Shown piece by piece: positions 51,776 through 63,231 of a DNA stretch of 64,000 nt (its first letter is position 1; each line of letters starts with the position of its first letter). The stretch is from Botryllus schlosseri (lineage: Eukaryota). The notes under the pieces are model-generated. The model was not told the DNA's origin, made no database searches, and worked only from the letters and a program-made list of their open reading frames with translations. A program made the translations under genes and the position numbers. Location: positions 6,884,001 through 6,948,000 of the forward strand of contig CM119371.1 of assembly GCA_051294905.1 (NCBI GenBank). The letters are read 5' to 3'.

Positions 51776-52757
51776 TTGTGAGTAGCCTATACATTTTGAA
51801 GAGGGAATAGCTTGGAGCATATATCGCATGCGGCTCAACAATGAACAGATAATTCTTATTCGTTTGAAATTTCCATGCATTGAGTCATTGAGTGCTGTGG
51901 GTTATTTCATAGTGAACTATCGGAAGTGTAAAAGTTACACCGCTTACAGTAATCAGTAGTTCCAAACTCCTGATATTGGCCATATAGCCTAACCGTTGCG
52001 GAATCAATTGTTCAAGTCATCAAAATCATCGACCATATTTATATTGAGTTGGCCTAAGGAACTAAATATATTCTGGATGTGTTAACTAAATCTGCTGGCA
52101 GGATCACGCACTGTGGTACAATTAATGAAGGTATATTTCCGTAACATTACTGGTTACTACTGATATTACATTCATTAAATGATACTTTTACCTAAAAGTA
52201 CTTTATACTTGTTATAATTTGAAAAACCGAATGTACCCTTTTCTGCAGCATTGAAACAAAAATATACACATTTTAAAATGCAATAATAATGGATATAGCT
52301 TGATGAATTGAAAATATCAAGTGTGAACACTTTTATTATATATCATGACTCATCTGAAGACTAGTACAAACTGCTAATCGAGTTAGTTTGACGGTCAAGA
52401 GTAGTTCTAATTACAGATTTTGAAAGCGAATAGTTGTAGTGTTTATTATTAGTGTGAATACCATGAGTGGCATAGTCATGGGCGGGTTGAAAACCGTTAC
52501 ATTTCGAACTATAAACAAAATTCTTTTTAAACACCGATTCTATCTCCGATATTTTCAACCTCATGTCTAATTCAGTCATTCGTATTATCAGTACCGGTAT
52601 TGCAGTTGCTGCGGAATTGAATTAACTCAGTTGTGTTTTGGTTTGACAGTTGCGAATTTTTAAAAAAAGTTTTGAAAAGTGAGTGGTTCTAGTTCTAGGT
52701 CAAGTTGTATTTTGAAGATCCAGTAATTTGGTACAAGTCTGCTCAGGTGAGTGCAAT

Positions 52758-54398
52758 TTATCTCTTCACATATATGGACCAGTAAATTAAAAACTCTTGA
52801 TCTACTTTTGGTTTCACTAGAGTCCATTTGTCTTGCGATACATCATACTTTTCAATTGGATTGTAGGCTCCAAAATTTGATACTGCAAAAATCCACTTGT
52901 CAATGTGATAAGCAGAAACTTGATCATGACAAGCATTCATAGAAGATAATGAAGTCCACTGAGATGAAGTAACATCGTAACATTCTACGTTGTTGACTTG
53001 GACTCCTTCCCTCACTCCACCGATCACAAATATCTTCTGTTCAACTGCAACAACACCAGTGGTAGACACAGGATATCTCATTGGGTCGAGATCAACCCAC
53101 TCTGATGAGGATGGAGTGAATCTGCAGAATGATGAAACTATGACTTCATCTTGCCCTACACCTCCGATACAATAGATGGAGTCATTCAATGATACGAGAC
53201 TTGCATCAGAAATCGCTGTAGGTTTGTCTTCTAGTTGAAACCATTGATTTGCGAGAGAAGAAAATATTTCCACGTCACTTGTTGCTTCAACACAACTTCC
53301 ACCAACAACAAATATCGATCCTGACAAAGAAACTGAGCGAGGACATAGTCCATGGTCACAAATCATATCTTTCATCCTTTCCCATTTTGAATTTTTGCTC
53401 TGAAAATTGAGTCGATGAACTGATTTATTATCACATAGAACGTAGATATACGAGTCTAGAGAAATTGCTGAGAAATCTTTTAAATTCCCAAACTTCTCAT
53501 CATGAAACTTCTCTACTCTTTCAGTTACTGGATTGAAGGATCGGATACAATCTGCGTCACCATCTGTATCACCATCAAAAATAATTATCAATTCATCGTC
53601 GCCAACTTCTTCATTCATTTTGTGCGATGCTTTCAAAGCTTCTAAAAGATGTCCATTGATCAGCTTGTACAGTCCAAAGTCGTTTTTGATAATTTGGTTC
53701 GATTTCAAAAGACGTTCTAAAAATACCGGAGGGACTTTATTAAACTTGATTGCTTCGAGACACTCTTGCAAATTTTCCTGATTGCTTCGAGTTTTCTCAA
53801 CCCAATTGAACAATAATGCTAGTTTGTCTTCTTCACATAACTTTGATTTTTCCGACATCACAAATTTGAGGATGTTAGCTTTTTCAATATTTCCAAATTC
53901 AGGTTGGTTTGATATTTCCATGATATTCTCATAAAAAAACTCTTTACATCGCATAGAGACGGCATCCAGTCCATACATATCGGCGACATTTCTTGTAGAA
54001 AAGTAATTCTCTACATCAAGTGATTCCTCCAATACGTCAGATACTGCCTGTTTCACGTCATCCAACTGCATCATGACTGCGACATGTAAAAGATCATTCA
54101 TCTTTCCATCATAAATCTCAAATTTGCCCGAATATATGAAATCGATGCAGTTTTTCACACACCTAGAATCGACCTCTTTCAAAACGACTTTTCCTTCCCG
54201 ACTCTCTTTGGTGTCATGCTTTAACATAGCTTTGAAATAAGCACAACCAGCCGACAATACATTTCTGTGAGTGTAATAGACATTATCCCCTACTTGAATT
54301 ATGAAATCACAATGATCGTTTTCTTGCTTCATTCGATGTAATTCTTCCATCATCTTCACTGAATGTTTCTCTACATTTGGACACACAATCTGCACCAT
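52758..54398 (-). CDS. BTB-BACK-Kelch copy 5, intact, intronless, 546 aa
   Basis: Uninterrupted ORF paralogous to copy 1, with a short acidic loop insertion (FDGDTDGDAD). Confidence 0.95.
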   Translation of the reverse strand: MVQIVCPNVEKHSVKMMEELHRMKQENDHCDFIIQVGDNVYYTHRNVLSAGCAYFKAMLKHDTKESREGKVVLKEVDSRCVKNCIDFIYSGKFEIYDGKMNDLLHVAVMMQLDDVKQAVSDVLEESLDVENYFSTRNVADMYGLDAVSMRCKEFFYENIMEISNQPEFGNIEKANILKFVMSEKSKLCEEDKLALLFNWVEKTRSNQENLQECLEAIKFNKVPPVFLERLLKSNQIIKNDFGLYKLINGHLLEALKASHKMNEEVGDDELIIIFDGDTDGDADCIRSFNPVTERVEKFHDEKFGNLKDFSAISLDSYIYVLCDNKSVHRLNFQSKNSKWERMKDMICDHGLCPRSVSLSGSIFVVGGSCVEATSDVEIFSSLANQWFQLEDKPTAISDASLVSLNDSIYCIGGVGQDEVIVSSFCRFTPSSSEWVDLDPMRYPVSTTGVVAVEQKIFVIGGVREGVQVNNVECYDVTSSQWTSLSSMNACHDQVSAYHIDKWIFAVSNFGAYNPIEKYDVSQDKWTLVKPKVDQEFLIYWSIYVKR

Positions 54399-55149
54399 GA
54401 TTGTCAATCATCCACAATGGGCTATATAGAATGATCCTATGATTATTATGATATAGTCAAGTACTGTTATTAAAGTAAAGATGATTAGTAGGTCGATTTT
54501 TTTGACATGTCCAGAAAAGTCAAAATTGAAGCATTAGGTCAAAAATTATCAAAATTGTTAAAAAAAAAAAAATTTGACCTCTGCATTTCGTTTGCATCGT
54601 AGATTTTGCACTGTCGGTGAATTTATCATTTGATATTTTACAGCTTGTAGCCGATTTTATAGACCTACCGTGGGCCGTGGTAGACGGCACATTGTGAATC
54701 ATAAACGGTTACAAGCACACACACTCTTACTACTAATGAGCATTGGTCAGAAACAAAATTTAGGAAGTGGTCAAACAGCATATGTGTAGTCTACATGTAC
54801 TTAATCAAGTATTCAGGGACTAGGACTTGCAGTCTTTCTTAATCATTTGTTCGACCCAAGGAGCTTAGCTACACTAAAAGTATTTTTAATTGAGTCAAGT
54901 GGGAAGCAGCGTTTGGTTATATTTATATCGATTTTACAATTTAGGGAAACCAGACGATGCATTCACTCAGTCACAGTATCTGGGCATAATTCCAAAATTT
55001 GCATCAATTTGTGACTGCATCGCGAAGATGCATATTGCGTATTTCTTTCTCCTACTAATAACATGATTGATGGTTCATAAAAATCCTATTTTAGTTATTA
55101 TTAGTAATTTAAAGACACTTTTGAAAGCAATTGTTTTCATGATAAATAA

Positions 55150-55296
55150 GTTGAAGTCGGAGTCAGGTTCATTTTTGGAAAATCCGACTCCAGTCAGTAT
55201 TTTTTTCATGACTCTGACTCCAAGGAGTGCTAAAATATTCTGAGATTCCGACTCCATTAAGCGAATAATTAGTCAAACTCCGACTCCACAGCCCTG
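55150..55296. mobile_element. Terminal fragment of a GGAGTC/GACTCC-repeat MITE
   Basis: ccgactcc repeats ending in CCACAGCCCTG. Shorter relics at ~46135-46197 and ~63565-63616. Absent at the homologous site ~7205. Confidence 0.55.
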
Positions 55297-56265
55297 GTTG
55301 TAAGCAGCAGATAGCACAAAGGCAGAGATACATTGAATTTCAAGCTTGACCTGAACACAGTCGTGTCTTAAATTTAGTGTTGATATGTTCATAAAAACCT
55401 GCCATGCCAAAGCCTCAGGTTCCGCAAAAACTAACTCAATATTATTCAAAACACGGAAGCGAAGGGAAGATGTCAAACTATTTGTAGTACCAAAGCATAA
55501 GAATCAAAACTTCGTCTGTACATATTAAGAGTTAGAATGCGCAATCTCAATTGCAGATTTCCACAAGTAAAATAAACCGCATTTTGGCTTTGGGGATAAT
55601 CAGGATTAACACATCTGTGAAATGCAGTGGTTCTTGACCTTTTCATGGATGCGGTCCAATTTTCATTTTTCAGATATGCCATGATCCACAACTCAGCCTC
55701 AATCTTCATCTAAGCGGCAGAAATATGGCAGGTTTAGACCTAGCAAGAGAGGTGACCTATGTAATGAATGTAACATTACAATTCCCTTGTCATTGACATA
55801 AGTTATTGTTTCAATGCAATAGCAGGTGGTGAATTGAGCATGGGGCGTCAATATCATTTACGAGCGGCACAGTGAAACTTTACGATTCTTCAAGGGATAT
55901 CTGGCCCTTGACTTAAACAACTAGAACTTTTTAGATTTTACAAATTAGGGTACAATCAGATATATAGCTACACTGTTTGTTTTCAAATGAAGGGTAAAAT
56001 TAGAATCATAGCTAAACACTATTTTCCAAAATATATTAAAATAGGAAATATAGTTACACATTTTTCCTAATTACATTAGAATTGCAGAGTTCACGAAAAC
56101 TTGGTCATTAAAATCAAGTTCAATTCGAATCAAATCATAGTTCCGAGCACGATAACGGAAAATGTCTGTACCGCAAGCTTAGCTCGTTTCGAGCTATTCG
56201 GTTCTTCTGCAGCATTTAGAGTAAAACGGGAAATTAGATGAAAATTAAAATCAGAGAATAGAAAC

Positions 56266-56796
56266 TAGGCTTGCCATACGTCCTCTTTCAAGAGGATTTG
56301 TCCTCTTTTTTGACTTTTTTGAAAGTGTCCTCGGAGGACGCCCTTTTGTCCTCTTTTTTGAGATTTTGTCCTCTTTTTTGAAAATTTAGGCAGATTTAGA
56401 GCAAATTGCGAGTGATATGCCGCATATTAGCATAGAAGTGAAGCTCCGACGGGTATTTCGGAGTGGAAAACGGTGATTTTAGCTCTGAGCGAAAAGATCA
56501 CCTTTTTTTTTTTTTTTTTTTTTTTTAGTCATCCACTCGGCGATGGGGAGTAAAAAACATTATTTTGTGCTCTGAGCGGAAAATATGACCTTTTTTTTTT
56601 TAGTCATCCACTCGGCAATGGGGAGTAAAAAACGTTATTTTGAGCTCTGGGCGGAAAAGATGACCTTTTTTTTTTAGTCAACCGATCACAAAGTGGGACA
56701 AATTAACCGGTTTTTGAGAATTTCACTCCGGTTTTGCAAGTTGCAAATTTCTGAAAAAGTGTCCTCTCTTTTGATTTCCAAAATATGGTAAGCCTA
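56266..56796. mobile_element. hAT-type MITE, same family as 5609-6130, opposite orientation
   Basis: TIR TAGGCTTGCCATA / TATGGTAAGCCTA. TSD atagaaac (56258-56265, 56797-56804). Confidence 0.88.
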
Positions 56797-57313
56797 ATAG
56801 AAACATTTCTGAAATTAAATCAGAATTAGAGCAAGGACACATTTCACGAATTCGATTACTTGCATTTCAACCTAATTAGTCAAATTGTACAACTAAAATT
56901 ATGTAGTTGTCGAAGTAGGGCTGGACAGTCTCCGAATTTTTAGGTGAACTGTTTGATTTGGAGTCCGACTTGGATTGTTAATTGGTGCCTGCAGTGGGCT
57001 TCGCCTGGTCTTTAGATGTCGACAAATTGAAGGAGGCGCTTCTCGTAATGAGTTCACGACAAATGTGAAATTTTGTCCGTGTCTGCTTCTGTGACAACCT
57101 GTGATGGGACTGGGGTTGAATTTAACGTATTCTTCGTTTTGCTGCTTCGAGCCGCCACATTCTTAGTCCCCTTGAAACTTCGCCGGGTTTGTGCTGCTTC
57201 ACGGCTTCCTTAATCTGCAAAAATATCAGTGAGACAGTCAATACTAGCATTGGAATCGCAGACTATTAAGGTATTTTTCAAATCCTGGGATTTCGAGAAA
57301 GCATCTTCAAGAG

Positions 57314-58472
57314 CAGTGGTTCACAACCAGGGGTCTGCAGAGCCTCAAAGTAGTTGATAAGCTAATTTGTATTTTTTCAAATTCGGAAAATCTTGAAACA
57401 CTTCTGTTTCATTGCTAGTAAAACTCCAGAGCTGACTTCAACAGAATGGCAGTCCGAGGTGAAATATCCTACTGTGCAGACTCATTTTAATTGCTAAATA
57501 GCTGATAGCCCACGGATACAAACATTTTCCTGTTAGGAGATGTTTTGTTCGATGAGTAAGGTCAGGCACGGTGATTTCGAAATGTTTACAAAAACCTATT
57601 TTCTCTTGTGATAACCATTTTTCCATAATAACTTCAAGATAGGCTGCTATATAGAAATACTAGGATTGACGTTATATCGGGGGCGTGCAACTTCTCCAGT
57701 TGGCTGGTCAGATATGGAAAAATTAGGTACTCGGCGGGCCGGATTCCTGAATTGATACATAAACCGCATATTTATCCATCTATATATCTATTGTAACCTG
57801 TAAGTTTAAATTAGACACCAAAAACAGTAATTGCCGGATTCTTCGTAATGTAATTCAATAGCTGTTGAAGTCAATGAGACATCTGTGTTAATCAAAGTTG
57901 TCAACAAGTTCTTTAAACTCTGGCTGCATGTCTGACGTAGAAACCCTTCGGAGATGATGCAAGTGAACGTCAGTTAGATTGTTAATGTTTATGGTAGAAA
58001 ATTGTTTACTCGCAAATGTACGTAGACCCGAGGGTGACATTATCATGGGAGACTGGAGACTGTTCGTCAATTTTGGTGCCATGTTTATTGCGATCATACC
58101 CAAATGAGTCGTCGGAAGCGTTATGTATCATTATTTCATTCGCCAACATCTGTATTTGTGGAAATGGATTTTCGGCGCTCGTTAATATCCTATCGAAGGC
58201 GCAGATTTTCAAGACACGACCATGTATTTCAAGAAATGCAATCGCAGAATTCGCTTTGAAGTAATAGGAGTAAACTCAATTTCTGGATCAATAGTATAAT
58301 CTGATTTTCAAGTATAGGCATTTTGATGCTGAATATCACCAAGTCTTTAGTTATCGTTTGCACAAGACAGATGACGTTTGCACGATAATTGAGCTAAAAC
58401 TTTGTGGGGGTCCGCGGGGGTCCGTTACAGTCTAAAAAAGGTCCCTGAATACAAAAAGGTTGGGAACCACTG
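57314..58472. mobile_element. hAT (Buster-type) element containing a decayed transposase C-terminal fragment
   Basis: TIR CAGTGGTTCACAACC / GGTTGGGAACCACTG. Flanks ttcaagag / ttctagtg (6/8 match). Confidence 0.78.
57888..58300 (-). pseudogene. Degenerate hAT transposase dimerisation-domain remnant (Buster/SPIN/GTF2IRD2-like)
   Basis: Frameshifted pieces in the expected order: KLSLL..LQSEF, ENPF, LGSTYICE*, QFS...LTDVHLHHLRRVSTSDMQPEFKELV. These match the FGSTY.CE..FS...LTD.HL...LR...P....LV pattern recalled for this family. Confidence 0.65.
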
Positions 58473-61400
58473 TTCTAGTGCTAAAGCAGCGCTTAGTTTG
58501 CTCTTAAAGCAGTGTTACAATATCATCTGAATGTCTTGAACACGCTACATTGCTGTGACAATAATACCAACTATTGCATAACAATGAACTACAATCTGCT
58601 TCAATCTTTTTTGTAATGGTAGGTAGCTAGGTACACCCTTATAAAGAATGCTCAAAACTTGTCCACCATCAGTTTTCGACATAACTGTGTCACAATCAAA
58701 CACAGTAGATTTCAACCGAAGCCTACGAAACATTATTAGGAAACTGTGAATCGATTAAGAAACATTATTTGTGCATTAGAGGCTAGGGCAGACCAACATA
58801 TACCCAGCTCTCTGCACCGTTCAGTCAGATTACAGGTTTCGAGAGTGTTCACTGTTCATGACTGATCATCATATCTACTTACTTAATTCAGTAGTTTCGA
58901 AAGAGCAAATTCTACTTCTACCTGCAGCAGGCTACTTTGGGTTGCCTGGAATAGCCCTACTTCTACCTGTTCTGGAGTGAACTTAATGTTGCTACTACTA
59001 CTTGAGTTGATTTCTTGCTGCTTCTGATCATACGGAATCATGTAGTCGCAGATAGTTATTCTTTTTCTCAGTAACTTTTTTGCGACAGGTAAACCTCCGT
59101 CCGGATTTACTGGTCTCATTGAGCAATATATATTGCATGATTTCTTGGTCAGCTTGGAATGAATAAATGCTTGATACAGGCATAGGTAATGTGTAAATAT
59201 TGGAAAGCACATGTCATGGGAGGTAGCATAATCCTATGAATATCCATGGGATTTCATACGGATATTTTCAACAATATGGATATGTCACAATATTTCATAG
59301 TAGCTCACCTGAAGTCATCACGATTCCTGAAAATCCTTATATCGAGATCTTTTCTTTTGGCAAGAGACAAGGTCTGGAAGAAAATCTCATAATTACACTG
59401 CCAATACAATTACAAATATAGACTTAAACCAGACCAGCATTTCCAAATTAGATTAGAATTAGAATTATAGCTACAGCTTTGTCCAAATTAGATTAGAATC
59501 ACGGAATACACCATCGTTTCGCAAGCAATCCGACCATATGTCAGATACAGTGATTTTTATAAACACCGATTACTTGATGACTTGAAATTGACTCGTGAAT
59601 TTTGCTCCGAGTCACGAGTCAATCCACCTTTCTGATACGTTGAGTCAAGTTAAGTCATTTCAGGAAAGTGACTCGAGTCAAGTCAAGACTCGGGTCATCC
59701 CAACACTGGTCTGTACTGCAAGCTAGGTACGTTTCACACTATACGATCTCTGGTAGCAGTATCAGAAAATTCAGAAATTTGGATTGGAAATAAAGTTAGG
59801 GCATAGAAACAGTTCACAAATAAGATTAGAATTAGAGCAAAGAAAGATATTCGAAAATTAGATTAGAATTAGATTAACGGTACCAGAATTTAGGAAGATT
59901 TGTTTGGTCATTAGACCTGTGCCCGAAGTCACATCAACGACGTAATAAACTATCCCATGAAATAGTTCAATCATGATCAGCACAAACATTACAGAGGCGT
60001 GGTTGAATGAATGCTTTTGAACAGGATTTCAAGAATGTGCAGCACGGGGGGAGGGTAGCTAGTAGCCATACTTCAATTGTTCTATTAGCAGACACGCACA
60101 GTTTAATCAGTTTCTGCAAACTGGGATAAGAACTCCAACGTAGGAGCATATTGAAAACTGATATCATTATGTTAACTTCAGTAATCATTTCCTAAATACT
60201 TAAGTTGGTGCGAATAGAATGTAGTCGTCCATCCTAGGTCACCACTTTCATATAACTCCTGAATAACCCGCTCGAACGGCCGTATTGCTTATTTCACGTC
60301 ATTTATGCCGATTTTCAGTTGCATCTGTCCGTTACGCCAGCTGTAAAAGAGGACAGATTGCCCAAAAGGAGGACAATCAGGCGTCCTCGGAGGACATTTT
60401 CGAAAACCTGAAAAATGATAACAAATACTCTTAGAAGAGGATGTATGGTAACCCCAATATAATGTTGTTACTAGTGATAGAGCTGAGTTTGTTGTGAACA
60501 ATTTTATCATTTTAAAACACCCCACAATAGCATTGATGGCAAATAATTGAATCGAAAATCGTTGATAAATTCAGAATTACTCACTTTCATCTACCGAATA
60601 GAATTGTCAGACATTGATACATGTCAGATTGCAACTGATTGAGATTGTCACCAAAGCCATTTCCCATCGGACGACCAGACTATTAAATGACATGTTATTT
60701 TATATGATGATCTTCTGACTGCAATCCACTGTAACAAAATGAAGAGTGGTTATGAAAAGTAAAATCAATGAATCTATACATAGCACAGGTTGCTTAAACC
60801 AGAATATCATACCAGAAGATGTGGTAGATAACGAGTTGGCGATAGTCATATGCGTAAAAATTCAGATTTCGTGATCACGGATAGCAAAAAAATCATGAAA
60901 CACAAGAAAGACGACAAGATAAACTAAAATAAATCCCATTTTATTTCCTACTTGGATATAAAGTTGTAACTCGGCTGAAAACGTGGCTCAACAAGGAAGA
61001 CATCCACACTTTTTTGAAATTTTCATGCATTGAATCATTGAACGCAGTGGGTTATTTCATACTGAATTATGGGAAGGGTAAAACTTATACGGCTTACTGT
61101 AACTAACAGATTACCAACTCCTGATATTGGCCATATAACCCTAGTGGGATCAATTGTACAAGTCGTCAAAATGAACGCCCATATCTATATTGAGTAGGGA
61201 ATTAAATATATTATGGGCTGCATCAACTAGAATTGCTGACAGGATGATGCACTTTTGTAGAAGTAATGAAGTATATTTCCACAAAATTACTGGTTACTAT
61301 TGCTATGACATTCATCAAATGATACGAATCTCCCGAAAAGTAGTTTCAACATGACAGAATTTGAAAGATTGAACGTACAAAGTTCTGCCAACTTGAAACA

Positions 61401-61599
61401 AAAAACGCACAATAACGCAGCCAGAGAGTGGGTTTTGAAGGTGGAAAACCGCCCCATTTCTAACTGCAAACTCCATTCTTTTCACAACGCCGATTCTATC
61501 TCCTGTATTTCTTTGTTCATTTCCAAGTAGTCAGTAATTCGCATTATAAGTACTGCAGTTAATCGGAATTGAAAACCCAGTAAAATGAACAAGTCTGCT

Positions 61600-63231
61600 C
61601 TATCTCTTGACAAATATGGATGAGTAAATTCGACAACATTGATCTACTTTTGGTTTCACTATAGTCCATTGGTCTTGTGATATATCATATTTTTCAATTT
61701 GATCAGAGGTTTCGTAATTTGTTACTGCAAATATCCACTTGCCAATGTGATAAGTAGAAACACGATAATGACGATCGTTCATAGGAGATAATAAAGTCCA
61801 CTGAGATGAAGTAATATCGTAACATTCTACGTTTTCGACTTGTGCTCCTACCCTCACACCACCGATCACAAATATCTTCTGATTAACGGCAACAACACCA
61901 CTACTATATACAGGATCTCTCATTGGGTCGAGATCAACCCACTCTGATGAGGATGGAGTGAATCTGCAGAATGATGAAACTATGGCACCATCTTGTCCTA
62001 TACCTCCGATACAATAGATGGAATCATTCAATGATACGAGACTTGTATCACAAATTCCTCCTGGTTTGTCTTTTAATTGCATCCATTGATTAACGGGTGA
62101 AGTATATATTTCCACATCACTTGTTGGGTTAGCAATACTTCCTCCAACAACGAATATCAATCCTGACAAAGCAACTGAGCGAGGTTGGTTTCCATGGTCA
62201 CAAATCATATCTTTCATCTTTTCCCATTTCGAATTTTTACTCTCAAAATTGAGGCGATGAACTGATTTATTCCCACGCAAAACGTAGATATAATTGTCTA
62301 GAGATATCGCCGAGAAACAGTGTTTCAAATTCTTAAACTTTTCATCATGAAACTTGTCTAGTTTTTCAGTTACTGGATGGAAGGATCGGATACAATCTGC
62401 GTTATCATCAAAAAGAATTATCAATTCATCTTTGCCCATTTCGTCATCCATTTTGTGCGATGCTTTTAAAGCTTTCAAAAGATGTCCATTGATCAACTTG
62501 TACAGTCCCAAGTCGTTAGTCAGAATTAGGTTTGATTCCAAAAGACGTTCTAAAAATACCGGAGACACCTCATCAAACTTGATTTCTTCAAGAAATTTGC
62601 GCAAATATTCCTGATTTTTGCGATTTTTCCCGACCCAATTGAACAATAACGTTAGTTTTTCTTCTTCGCACAACTTTGATTGTTCTGACTTCACATAATC
62701 GAGGATGTTAGTTTTTCCAATATTTCCAAATTCAGGTTGGTTTGATAACTCCATGATATTTTCATGAAAAAATATTCCGCATCGCATAGAGACGGCATCC
62801 AATCCATACATATCGGCGACATTTCTTGTGGAAAAGTAATTCTTTACATCAACTGATATCTCCAAAACGTCAGACACTGCCTGTTTCACGTCATCCAAAT
62901 GCATCATGATTGCGACATGAAGAAGATCATTCATCTTTTCATCAGGAATCTCAAATTTACCGGAATATATGAAATCGATGCAGTTTTTCACACACTGAGA
63001 ATCGACTTCTTTCAAAACAACTTTTCCTTCACGACTCTCTTTTGTATCGTGCTTTAACATAGCTTTGAAATAAGCACAACCAGCCGACAATACATTTCTG
63101 TGAGTGTAATAGACATCATCTCCCACTTGAATTGTGAAATCACAATTATCGTTCTCTTGCTTCATTCGATGTAATTCTTCCATCATCTTCACTGAATGTT
63201 TCTCTACATTTGAACATACAATCTGCACCAT
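61600..63231 (-). CDS. BTB-BACK-Kelch copy 6, intact, intronless, 543 aa
   Basis: Uninterrupted ORF paralogous to copy 1. Confidence 0.95.
   Translation of the reverse strand: MVQIVCSNVEKHSVKMMEELHRMKQENDNCDFTIQVGDDVYYTHRNVLSAGCAYFKAMLKHDTKESREGKVVLKEVDSQCVKNCIDFIYSGKFEIPDEKMNDLLHVAIMMHLDDVKQAVSDVLEISVDVKNYFSTRNVADMYGLDAVSMRCGIFFHENIMELSNQPEFGNIGKTNILDYVKSEQSKLCEEEKLTLLFNWVGKNRKNQEYLRKFLEEIKFDEVSPVFLERLLESNLILTNDLGLYKLINGHLLKALKASHKMDDEMGKDELIILFDDNADCIRSFHPVTEKLDKFHDEKFKNLKHCFSAISLDNYIYVLRGNKSVHRLNFESKNSKWEKMKDMICDHGNQPRSVALSGLIFVVGGSIANPTSDVEIYTSPVNQWMQLKDKPGGICDTSLVSLNDSIYCIGGIGQDGAIVSSFCRFTPSSSEWVDLDPMRDPVYSSGVVAVNQKIFVIGGVRVGAQVENVECYDITSSQWTLLSPMNDRHYRVSTYHIGKWIFAVTNYETSDQIEKYDISQDQWTIVKPKVDQCCRIYSSIFVKR

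Noticed and set aside
60234..60455. Third copy of the TAGGCTTACCATA-type MITE
   Set aside because: It has GAGGACA motifs and a similar right end, but TIRs and TSD could not be verified, so it is not listed as a feature.
2155..63231. Poxvirus or endogenous viral origin of the intronless BTB-kelch genes
   Set aside because: No viral genes or gene-dense layout. The spacers are transposon-laden host DNA with spliceosomal signals. A phylogeny would be needed to exclude it formally.
2155..63231. Diversity-generating retroelement or programmed rearrangement as the source of loop variation
   Set aside because: No reverse transcriptase, template repeat, evident adenine-specific pattern or recombination signal was seen. 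Duplication, conversion and selection are sufficient explanations.
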